From: Auanema rhodensis
Taxonomy: Eukaryota > Animalia > Nematoda
NCBI GenBank assembly: GCA_964057225.1
Contig: OZ059895.1
Location: 4,712,001 to 4,776,000, forward strand
Length of the DNA: 64,000 bases
Direction: 5' to 3'
A program made the position numbers and the translations under genes. The notes under the pieces were generated by a model. That model did no database searches. It was given only the letters and a program-made list of their open reading frames with translations, and had not been told where the DNA came from. Below, piece after piece: positions 1 through 11,400 of this stretch (its first letter is position 1; each line of letters starts with the position of its first letter).

Positions 1-3
1 AAC

Positions 4-38
4 ATTTTGACAAAAATTTTTTCGAAAAATTTCAAAAT
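4..38. other. Imperfect A/T palindrome centred on TTCGAA (every monomer)
   Basis: ATTTTG-acaa-AAA-t-TTTTTC|GAAAAA-TTT-CAAAAT; perfect 12-bp core TTTTTCGAAAAA at 18-29. Confidence 0.9.
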
Positions 39-212
39 AATTTAGCAAAAAGTAGATGTTTTTAGATTCCTTTTTTTAAGGCAAAAATGATGGACAATGT
101 TATTAAACGAAAAAATTAATTCTTCAGGGTGAAAATCGAGGATATAAGTGTGAACATATATCAGTTGATATCTCGGTGCATTTTCAAGCTAGCGCAAATC
201 TGATAACAAAGA

Positions 213-239
213 TCGACGCAGCTTAAAAATCCGCATCGA
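213..239 (-). other. 9-bp inverted repeat with 9-nt loop; fully paired on the minus strand if two G:T(U) wobbles are allowed
   Basis: Plus: TCGACGCAG-CTTAAAAAT-CCGCATCGA; minus: TCGATGCGG-ATTTTTAAG-CTGCGTCGA. Confidence 0.8.
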
Positions 240-313
240 ATGCACTATACTTCATTGAGAAACGCTTAATACAAAAATTAGTTATGATCGTTTGAAAAAT
301 GATGCATTAGTGT

Positions 314-341
314 ATGTTGAGTTTCCATGCACACTCAACAT
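314..341. other. Perfect 9-bp inverted repeat with 10-nt loop (nearly every monomer)
   Basis: ATGTTGAGT-TTCCATGYAC-ACTCAACAT; the recurrent T330C variant lies in the loop. Confidence 0.92.
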
Positions 342-491
342 TGCTTCCAAAAACATTTTGACAAAAATTTTTTCGAAAAATTTCAAAATAATTTAGCAAA
401 AAGTAGATGTTTTTAGATTCCTTTTTTTAAGGCAAAAATGATGGACAATGTTATTAAACGAAAAAATTAATTCTTCGGGGTGAAAATCGAG

Positions 492-513
492 GATATAAGT
501 GTGAACTTATATC
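492..513. other. Perfect 9-bp inverted repeat with GTGA loop (offsets 141-162, majority allele)
   Basis: GATATAAGT-GTGA-ACTTATATC. Confidence 0.92.
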
Positions 514-1053
514 AGTTGATATCTCGGTGCATTTTTAAGCTAGCGCAAATCTGATAACACAGATCGACGCAGCTTAAAAATCCGCATCGAATGCACTATA
601 CTACATTGAAAAACGCTTAATACAAAAATTAGTTATGATCGTTTGAAAAATGATGCATTAGTGTATGTTGAGTTTCCATGTACACTCAACATTGCTTCCA
701 AAAACATTTTGACAAAAATTTTTTCGAAAAATTTCAAAATAATTTAGCAAAAAGTAGATGTTTTTAGATTCCTTTTTTCAAGGCAAAGATGATGGACAAT
801 GTTATTCAACGAAAAAATCAATTCTTCAGGGTGAAAATCGAGGATATAAGTGTGAACATATATCAGTTGATATCTCGGTGCATTTACAAGCTAGCGCAAA
901 TCTGATAACACAGATCGACGCAGCTTAAAAATCCGCATCGAATGCACTATACTTCATTGAGAAACGCTTAATACAAAAATTAGTTATGATCGTTTGAAAA
1001 ATGATGCATTAGTGTATGTTGAGTTTCCATGCACACTCAACATTGCTTCCAAA

Positions 1054-4000
1054 AACATTTTGACAAAAATTTTTTCGAAAAATTTCAAAATAATTTAGCA
1101 AAAAGTAGAGGTTTTTAGATTCCTTTTTTCAAGGCAAAGACGATGGACAATGTTATTCAACGAAAAAATTAATTCTTCAGGGTGAAAATCGAGGATATAA
1201 GTGTGAACTTATATCAGTTGATATCTCGGTGCATTTTCAAGCTAGCGCAAATCTGATAACACAGATCGACGCAGCTTAAAAATCCGCATCGAATGCACTA
1301 TACTTCATTGAGAAACGCTTAATACAAAAATTAGTTATGATCGTTTGAAAAATGATGCATTAGTGTATGTTGAGTTTCCATGTACACTCAACATTGCTTC
1401 CAAAAACATTTTGACAAAAATTTTTTCGAAAAATTTCAAAATAATTTAGCAAAAAGTAGATGTTTTTAGATTCCTTTTTTCAAGGCAAAGACGATGGACA
1501 ATGTTATTCAACGAAAAAATTAATTCTTCAGGGTGAAAATCGAGGATATAAGTGTGAACTTATATCAGTTGATATCTCGGTGCATTTTCAAGCTAGCGAA
1601 ATCTGATAACACAGATCGACGCAGCTTAAAAATCCGCATCGAATGCACTATATTTCATTGAGAAACGCTTAATACAAAAATTAGTTATGATCGTTTGAAA
1701 AATGATGCATTAGTGTATGTTGAGTTTCCATGTACACTCAACATTGCTTCCAAAAACATTTTGACAAAAATTTTTTCGAAAAATTTCAAAATAATTTAGC
1801 GAAAAGTAGATGTTTTTAGATTCCTTTTTTCAAGGCAAAGATGATGGACAATGTTATTCAACGAAAAAATTAATTCTTCAGGGTGAAAATCGAGGATATA
1901 AGTGTGAACATATATCAGTTGATATCTCGGTGCATTTACAAGCTAGCGCAAATCTGATAACACAGATCGACGCAGCTTAAAAATCCGCATCGAATGCACT
2001 ATACTTCATTGAGAAACGCTTAATACAAAAATTAGTTATGATCGTTTGAAAAATGATGCATTAGTGTATGTTGAGTTTCCATGCACACTCAACATTGCTT
2101 CCAAAAACATTTTGACAAAAATTTTTTCGAAAAATTTCAAAATAATTTAGCAAAAAGTAGATGTTTTTAGATTCCTTTTTTTAAGGCAAAAATGATGGAC
2201 AATGTTATTAAACGAAAAAATTAATTCTTCAGGGTGAAAATCGAGGATATAAGTGTGAACTTATATCAGTTGATATCTCGGTGCATTTTTAAGCTAGCGC
2301 AAATCTGATAACACAGATCGACGCAGCTTAAAAATCCGCATCGAATGCACTATACTTCATTGAGAAACGCTTAATACAAAAATTAGTTATGATCGTTTGA
2401 AAAATGATGCATTAGTGTATGTTGAGTTTCCATGTACACTCAACATTGCTTCCAAAAACATTTTGACAAAAATTTTTTCGAAAAATTTCAAAATAATTTA
2501 GCAAAAAGTAGAGGTTTTTAGATTCCTTTTTTCAAGGCAAAGACGATGGACAATGTTATTCAACGAAAAAATTAATTCTTCAGGGTGAAAATCGAGGATA
2601 TAAGTGTGAACTTATATCAGTTGATATCTCGGTGCATTTTCAAGCTAGCGCAAATCTGATAACACAGATCGACGCAGCTTAAAAATCCGCATCGAATGCA
2701 CTATACTTCATTGAGAAACGCTTAATACAAAAATTAGTTATGATCGTTTGAAAAATGATGCATTAGTGTATGTTGAGTTTCCATGTACACTCAACATTGC
2801 TTCCAAAAACATTTTGACAAAAATTTTTTCGAAAAATTTCAAAATAATTTAGCAAAAAGTAGATGTTTTTAGATTCCTTTTTTCAAGGCAAAGACGATGG
2901 ACAATGTTATTCAACGAAAAAATTAATTCTTCAGGGTGAAAATCGAGGATATAAGTGTGAACTTATATCAGTTGATATCTCGGTGCATTTTCAAGCTAGC
3001 GAAATCTGATAACACAGATCGACGCAGCTTAAAAATCCGCATCGAATGCACTATATTTCATTGAGAAACGCTTAATACAAAAATTAGTTATGATCGTTTG
3101 AAAAATGATGCATTAGTGTATGTTGAGTTTCCATGTACACTCAACATTGCTTCCAAAAACATTTTGACAAAAATTTTTTCGAAAAATTTCAAAATAATTT
3201 AGCAAAAAGTAGATGTTTTTAGATTCCTTTTTTCAAGGCAAAGACGATGGACAATGTTATTCAACGAAAAAATTAATTCTTCAGGGTGAAAATCGAGGAT
3301 ATAAGTGTGAACTTATATCAGTTGATATCTCGGTGCATTTTCAAGCTAGCGCAAATCTGATAACACAGATCGACGCAGCTTAAAAATCCGCATCGAATGC
3401 ACTATACTTCATTGAGAAACGCTTAATACAAAAATTAGTTATGATCGTTTGAAAAATGATGCATTAGTGTATGTTGAGTTTCCATGTACACTCAACATTG
3501 CTTCCAAAAACATTTTGACAAAAATTTTTTCGAAAAATTTCAAAATAATTTAGCAAAAAGTAGATGTTTTTAGATTCCTTTTTTCAAGGCAAAGACGATG
3601 GACAATGTTATTCAACGAAAAAATTAATTCTTCAGGGTGAAAATCGAGGATATAAGTGTGAACTTATATCAGTTGATATCTCGGTGCATTTTCAAGCTAG
3701 CGAAATCTGATAACACAGATCGACGCAGCTTAAAAATCCGCATCGAATGCACTATATTTCATTGAGAAACGCTTAATACAAAAATTAGTTATGATCGTTT
3801 GAAAAATGATGCATTAGTGTATGTTGAGTTTCCATGTACACTCAACATTGCTTCCAAAAACATTTTGACAAAAATTTTTTCGAAAAATTTCAAAATAATT
3901 TAGCGAAAAGTAGATGTTTTTAGATTCCTTTTTTCAAGGCAAAGATGATGGACAATGTTATTCAACGAAAAAATTAATTCTTCAGGGTGAAAATCGAGGA

Positions 4001-7000
4001 TATAAGTGTGAACATATATCAGTTGATATCTCGGTGCATTTACAAGCTAGCGCAAATCTGATAACACAGATCGACGCAGCTTAAAAATCCGCATCGAATG
4101 CACTATACTTCATTGAGAAACGCTTAATACAAAAATTAGTTATGATCGTTTGAAAAATGATGCATTAGTGTATGTTGAGTTTCCATGCACACTCAACATT
4201 GCTTCCAAAAACATTTTGACAAAAATTTTTTCGAAAAATTTCAAAATAATTTAGCAAAAAGTAGATGTTTTTAGATTCCTTTTTTTAAGGCAAAAATGAT
4301 GGACAATGTTATTAAACGAAAAAATTAATTCTTCAGGGTGAAAATCGAGGATATAAGTGTGAACTTATATCAGTTGATATCTCGGTGCATTTTTAAGCTA
4401 GCGCAAATCTGATAACACAGATCGACGCAGCTTAAAAATCCGCATCGAATGCACTATACTTCATTGAGAAACGCTTAATACAAAAATTAGTTATGATCGT
4501 TTGAAAAATGATGCATTAGTGTATGTTGAGTTTCCATGTACACTCAACATTGCTTCCAAAAACATTTTGACAAAAATTTTTTCGAAAAATTTCAAAATAA
4601 TTTAGCAAAAAGTGGATGTTTTTAGATTCCTTTTTTCAAGGCAAAGACGATGGACAATGTTATTCAACGAAAAAATTAATTCTTCAGGGTGAAAATCGAG
4701 GATATAAGTGTGAACTTATATCAGTTGATATCTCGGTGCATTTTCAAGCTAGCGCAAATCTGATAACAAAGATCGACGCAGCTTAAAAATCCGCATCGAA
4801 TGCACTATACTTCATTGAGAAACGCTTAATAAAAAATTAGTTATGATCGTTTGAAAAATGATGCATTAGTGTATGTTGAGTTTCCATGTACACTCAACAT
4901 TGCTTCCAAAAACATTTTGACAAAAATTTTTTCGAAAAATTTCAAAATAATTTAGCAAAAAGTAGATGTTTTTAGATTCCTTTTTTCAAGGCAAAGACGA
5001 TGGACAATGTTATTCAACGAAAAAATTAATTCTTCAGGGTGAAAATCGAGGATATAAGTGTGAACTTATATCAGTTGATATCTCGGTGCATTTTCAAGCT
5101 AGCGAAATCTGATAACACAGATCGACGCAGCTTAAAAATCCGCATCGAATGCACTATACTTCATTGAGAAACGCTTAATACAAAAATTAGTTATGATCGT
5201 TTGAAAAATGATGCATTAGTGTATGTTGAGTTTCCATGTACACTCAACATTGCTTCCAAAAACATTTTGACAAAAATTTTTTCGAAAAATTTCAAAATAA
5301 TTTAGCAAAAAGTAGATGTTTTTGGATTCTTTTTTTCAAGGCAAAGACGATGGACAATGTTATTCAACGAAAAAATTAATTCTTCGGGGTGAAAATCGAG
5401 GATATAAGTGTGAACTTATATCAGTTGATATCTCGGTGCATTTTTAAGCTAGCGCAAATCTGATAACACAGATCGACGCAGCTTAAAAATCCGCAACGAA
5501 TGCACTATACTACATTGAAAAACGCTTAATACAAAAATTAGTTATGATCGTTTGAAAAATGATGCATTAGTGTATGTTGAGTTTCCATGCACACTCAACA
5601 TTGCTTCCAAAAACATTTTGACAAAAATTTTTTCGAAAAATTTCAAAATAATTTAGCAAAAAGTAGATGTTTTTAGATTCCTTTTTTTAAGGCAAAAATG
5701 ATGGACAATGTTATTAAACGAAAAAATTAATTCTTCAGGGTGAAAATCGAGGATATAAGTGTGAACTTATATCAGTTGATATCTCGGTGCATTTTTAAGC
5801 TAGCGCAAATCTGATAACACAGATCGACGCAGCTTAAAAATCCGCATCGAATGCACTATACTTCATTGAGAAACGCTTAATACAAAAATTAGTTATGATC
5901 GTTTGAAAAATGATGCATTAGTGTATGTTGAGTTTCCATGTACACTCAACATTGCTTCCAAAAACATTTTGACAAAAATTTTTTCGAAAAATTTCAAAAT
6001 AATTTAGCAAAAAGTGGATGTTTTTAGATTCCTTTTTTCAAGGCAAAGACGATGGACAATGTTATTCAACGAAAAAATTAATTCTTCAGGGTGAAAATCG
6101 AGGATATAAGTGTGAACTTATATCAGTTGATATCTCGGTGCATTTTCAAGCTAGCGCAAATCTGATAACAAAGATCGACGCAGCTTAAAAATCCGCATCG
6201 AATGCACTATACTTCATTGAGAAACGCTTAATAAAAAATTAGTTATGATCGTTTGAAAAATGATGCATTAGTGTATGTTGAGTTTCCATGTACACTCAAC
6301 ATTGCTTCCAAAAACATTTTGACAAAAATTTTTTCGAAAAATTTCAAAATAATTTAGCAAAAAGTAGATGTTTTTAGATTCCTTTTTTCAAGGCAAAGAC
6401 GATGGACAATGTTATTCAACGAAAAAATTAATTCTTCAGGGTGAAAATCGAGGATATAAGTGTGAACATATATCAGTTGATATCTCGGTGCATTTTCAAG
6501 CTAGCGAAATCTGATAACACAGATCGACGCAGCTTAAAAATCCGCATCGAATGCACTATACTTCATTGAGAAACGCTTAATACAAAAATTAGTTATGATC
6601 GTTTGAAAAATGATGCATTAGTGTATGTTGAGTTTCCATGTACACTCAACATTGCTTCCAAAAACATTTTGACAAAAATTTTTTCGAAAAATTTCAAAAT
6701 AATTTAGCGAAAAGTAGATGTTTTTAGATTCCTTTTTTCAAGGCAAAGATGATGGACAATGTTATTCAACGAAAAAATTAATTCTTCAGGGTGAAAATCG
6801 AGGATATAAGTGTGAACATATATCAGTTGATATCTCGGTGCATTTACAAGCTAGCGCAAATCTGATAACACAGATCGACGCAGCTTAAAAATCCGCATCG
6901 AATGCACTATACTTCATTGAGAAACGCTTAATACAAAAATTAGTTATGATCGTTTGAAAAATGATGCATTAGTGTATGTTGAGTTTCCATGTACACTCAA

Positions 7001-7013
7001 CATTGCTTCCAAA
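1054..7013. repeat. Sub-domain with overlapping 4-mer/6-mer duplications marked by 350-bp deletion monomers
   Basis: Deletion of C195 (GCTAGCGAAAT) near 1598, 3001, 3703, 5106, 6507; GTAGAGG variant at 1110 and 2513 (1403 = 4x351-1); GTGGA variant at 4614 and 6016 (1402 = 4x351-2). Confidence 0.85.
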
Positions 7014-8417
7014 AACATTTTGACAAAAATTTTTTCGAAAAATTTCAAAATAATTTAGCAAAAAGTGGATGTTTTTAGATTCCTTTTTTCAAGGCAAAGA
7101 CGATGGACAATGTTATTCAACGAAAAAATTAATTCTTCAGGGTGAAAATCGAGGATATAAGTGTGAACTTATATCAGTTGATATCTCGGTGCATTTTCAA
7201 GCTAGCGCAAATCTGATAACAAAGATCGACGCAGCTTAAAAATCCGCATCGAATGCACTATACTTCATTGAGAAACGCTTAATACAAAAATTAGTTATGA
7301 TCGTTTGAAAAATGATGCATTAGTGTATGTTGAGTTTCCATGTACACTCAACATTGCTTCCAAAAACATTTTGACAAAAATTTTTTCGAAAAATTTCAAA
7401 ATAATTTAGCAAAAAGTAGATGTTTTTAGATTCCTTTTTTTAAGGCAAAAATGATGGACAATGTTATTAAACGAAAAAATTAATTCTTCAGGGTGAAAAT
7501 CGAGGATATAAGTGTGAACTTATATCAGTTGATATCTCGGTGCATTTTCAAGCTAGCGCAAATCTGATAACAAAGATCGACGCAGCTTAAAAATCCGCAT
7601 CGAATGCACTATACTACATTGAGAAACGCTTAATACAAAAATTAGTTATGATCGTTTGAAAAATGATGCATTAGTGTATGTTGAGTTTCCATGTACACTC
7701 AACATTGCTTCCAAAAACATTTTGACAAAAATTTTTTCGAAAAATTTCAAAATAATTTAGCAAAAAGTAGATGTTTTTAGATTCTTTTTTTCAAGGCAAA
7801 GACGATGGACAATGTTATTCAACGAAAAAATTAATTCTTCGGGGTGAAAATCGAGGATATAAGTGTGAACTTATATCAGTTGATATCTCGGTGCATTTTT
7901 AAGCTAGCGCAAATCTGATAACACAGATCGACGCAGCTTAAAAATCCGCATCGAATGCACTATACTACATTGAGAAACGCTTAATACAAAAATTAGTTAT
8001 GATCGTTTGAAAAATGATGCATTAGTGTATGTTGAGTTTCCATGTACACTCAACATTGCTTCCAAAAACATTTTGACAAAAATTTTTTCGAAAAATTTCA
8101 AAATAATTTAGCAAAAAGTAGATGTTTTTAGATTCCTTTTTTCAAGGCAAAGACGATGGACAATGTTATTCAACGAAAAAATTAATTCTTCAGGGTGAAA
8201 ATCGAGGATATAAGTGTGAACTTATATCAGTTGATATCTCGGTGCATTTTTAAGCTAGCGCAAATCTGATAACACAGATCGACGCAGCTTAAAAATCCGC
8301 ATCGAATGCACTATACTACATTGAAAAACGCTTAATACAAAAATTAGTTATGATCGTTTGAAAAATGATGCATTAGTGTATGTTGAGTTTCCATGTACAC
8401 TCAACATTGCTTCCAAA

Positions 8418-11400
8418 AACATTTTGACAAAAATTTTTTCGAAAAATTTCAAAATAATTTAGCAAAAAGTGGATGTTTTTAGATTTCTTTTTTCAAGGCA
8501 AAGACGATGGACAATGTTATTCAACGAAAAAATTAATTCTTCAGGGTGAAAATCGAGGATATAAGTGTGAACTTATATCAGTTGATATCTCGGTGCATTT
8601 TCAAGCTAGCGCAAATCTGATAACACAGATCGACGCAGCTTAAAAATCCGCATCGAATGCACTATACTTCATTGAGAAACGCTTAATACAAAAATTAGTT
8701 ATGATCGTTTGAAAAATGATGCATTAGTTTATGTTGAGTTTCCATGTACACTCAACATTGCTTCCAAAAACATTTTGACAAAAATTTTTTCGAAAAATTT
8801 CAAAATAATTTAGCGAAAAGTAGATGTTTTTAGATTCCTTTTTTCAAGGCAAAGATGATGGACAATGTTATTCAACGAAAAAATTAATTCTTCAGGGTGA
8901 AAATCGAGGATATAAGTGTGAACATATATCAGTTGATATCTCGGTGCATTTTCAAGCTAGCGCAAATCTGATAACACAGATCGACGCAGCTTAAAAATCC
9001 GCATCGAATGCACTATACTACATTGAAAAACGCTTAATACAAAAATTAGTTATGATCGTTTGAAAAATGATGCATTAGTGTATGTTGAGTTTCCATGTAC
9101 ACTCAACATTGCTTCCAAAAACATTTTGACAAAAATTTTTTCGAAAAATTTCAAAATAATTTAGCAAAAAGTGGATGTTTTTAGATTCCTTTTTTCAAGG
9201 CAAAGACGATGGACAATGTTATTCAACGAAAAAATTAATTCTTCAGGGTGAAAATCGAGGATATAAGTGTGAACTTATATCAGTTGATATCTCGGTGCAT
9301 TTTCAAGCTAGCGCAAATCTGATAACACAGATCGACGCAGCTTAAAAATCCGCATCGAATGCACTATACTTCATTGAGAAACGCTTAATACAAAAATTAG
9401 TTATGATCGTTTGAAAAATGATGCATTAGTTTATGTTGAGTTTCCATGTACACTCAACATTGCTTCCAAAAACATTTTGACAAAAATTTTTTCGAAAAAT
9501 TTCAAAATAATTTAGCGAAAAGTAGATGTTTTTAGATTCCTTTTTTCAAGGCAAAGATGATGGACAATGTTATTCAACGAAAAAATTAATTCTTCAGGGT
9601 GAAAATCGAGGATATAAGTGTGAACATATATCAGTTGATATCTCGGTGCATTTTCAAGCTAGCGCAAATCTGATAACACAGATCGACGCAGCTTAAAAAT
9701 CCGCATCGAATGCACTATACTTCATTGAAAAACGCTTAATACAAAAATTAGTTATGATCGTTTGAAAAATGATGCATTAGTGTATGTTGAGTTTCCATGT
9801 ACACTCAACATTGCTTCCAAAAACATTTTGACAAAAATTTTTTCGAAAAATTTCAAAATAATTTAGCAAAAAGTAGATGTTTTTAGATTCCTTTTTTCAA
9901 GGCAAAGACGATGGACAATGTTATTCAACGAAAAAATTAATTCTTCAGGGTGAAAATCGAGGATATAAGTGTGAACTTATATCAGTTGATATCTCGGTGC
10001 ATTTTCAAGCTAGCGCAAATCTGATAACACAGATCGACGCAGCTTAAAAATCCGCATTGAATGCACTATACTTCATTGAGAAACGCTTAATACAAAAATT
10101 AGTTATGATCGTTTGAAAAATGATGCATTAGTTTATGTTGAGTTTCCATGTACACTCAACATTGCTTCCAAAAACATTTTGACAAAAATTTTTTCGAAAA
10201 ATTTCAAAATAATTTAGCGAAAAGTAGATGTTTTTAGATTCCTTTTTTCAAGGCAAAGATGATGGACAATGTTATTCAACGAAAAAATTAATTCTTCAGG
10301 GTGAAAATCGAGGATATAAGTGTGAACATATATCAGTTGATATCTCGGTGCATTTTCAAGCTAGCGCAAATCTGATAACACAGATCGACGCAGCTTAAAA
10401 ATCCGCATCGAATGCACTATACTTCATTGAGAAACGCTTAATACAAAAATTAGTTATGATCGTTTGAAAAATGATGCATTAGTGTATGTTGAGTTTCCAT
10501 GTACACTCAACATTGCTTCCAAAAACATTTTGACAAAAATTTTTTCGAAAAATTTCAAAATAATTTAGCAAAAAGTAGATGTTTTTAGATTCCTTTTTTC
10601 AAGGCAAAGACGATGGACAATGTTATTCAACGAAAAAATTAATTCTTCAGGGTGAAAATCGAGGATATAAGTGTGAACATATATCAGTTGATATCTCGGT
10701 GCATTTTCAAGCTAGCGCAAATCTGATAACACAGATCGACGCAGCTTAAAAATCCGCATCGAATGCACTATACTTCATTGAGAAACGCTTAATACAAAAA
10801 TTAGTTATGATCGTTTGAAAAATGATGCATTAGTGTATGTTGAGTTTCCATGTACACTCAACATTGCTTCCAAAAACATTTTGACAAAAATTTTTTCGAA
10901 AAATTTCAAAATAATTTAGCAAAAAGTAGATGTTTTTAGATTCCTTTTTTCAAGGCAAAGACGATGGACAATGTTATTCAACGAAAAAATTAATTCTTCA
11001 GGGTGAAAATCGAGGATATAAGTGTGAACTTATATCAGTTGATATCTCGGTGCATTTTCAAGCTAGCGCAAATTTGATAACACAGATCGACGCAGCTTAA
11101 AAATCCGCATCGAATGCACTATACTTCATTGAGAAACGCTTAATACAAAAATTAGTTATGATCGTTTGAAAAATGATGCATTAGTGTATGTTGAGTTTCC
11201 ATGTACACTCAACATTGCTTCCAAAAACATTTTGACAAAAATTTTTTCGAAAAATTTCAAAATAATTTAGCAAAAAGTAGATGTTTTTAGATTCCTTTTT
11301 TTAAGGCAAAAATGATGGACAATGTTATTAAACGAAAAAATTAATTCTTCAGGGTGAAAATCGAGGATATAAGTGTGAACTTATATCAGTTGATATCTCG

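Larger units (their letters stand above)
1..351. repeat. Representative satellite monomer (phase arbitrary)
   Basis: Contains one BstBI (TTCGAA, 21-26), EcoRV (GATATC, 167-172), NheI (GCTAGC, 188-193) and NsiI (ATGCAT, 302-307) site; offsets 1-120 are about 80% AT, offsets 121-240 about 39% GC. Confidence 0.97.

Noticed and set aside
20-36. CENP-B box
   Set aside because: TTCGAAAAA matches only the left part of NTTCGNNNNANNCGGGN; the CGGG half is missing on both strands.
314-341. Hairpins as bacterial rho-independent terminators or operators
   Set aside because: No genes in the window, stems are AT-rich and lack an adjacent U-tract, and the context is a satellite array.
1-351. 5S rDNA, tRNA, snRNA or spliced-leader tandem gene unit
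   Set aside because: No recognisable 5S or snRNA sequence and no GTTCRA B-box. The 70-nt fold at offsets 176-245 has a 7-bp closing stem but no D-arm, no 7-nt anticodon loop and no T-loop. A cmscan/tRNAscan-SE run would confirm.
1-351. Monomer as a dimer of about 175-bp subunits
   Set aside because: No alignment between halves visible by eye; only short shared words (AAAAATGATG at 83 and 295; AAAAATT several times) at inconsistent offsets. A sensitive self-alignment could still reveal an ancient dimer.
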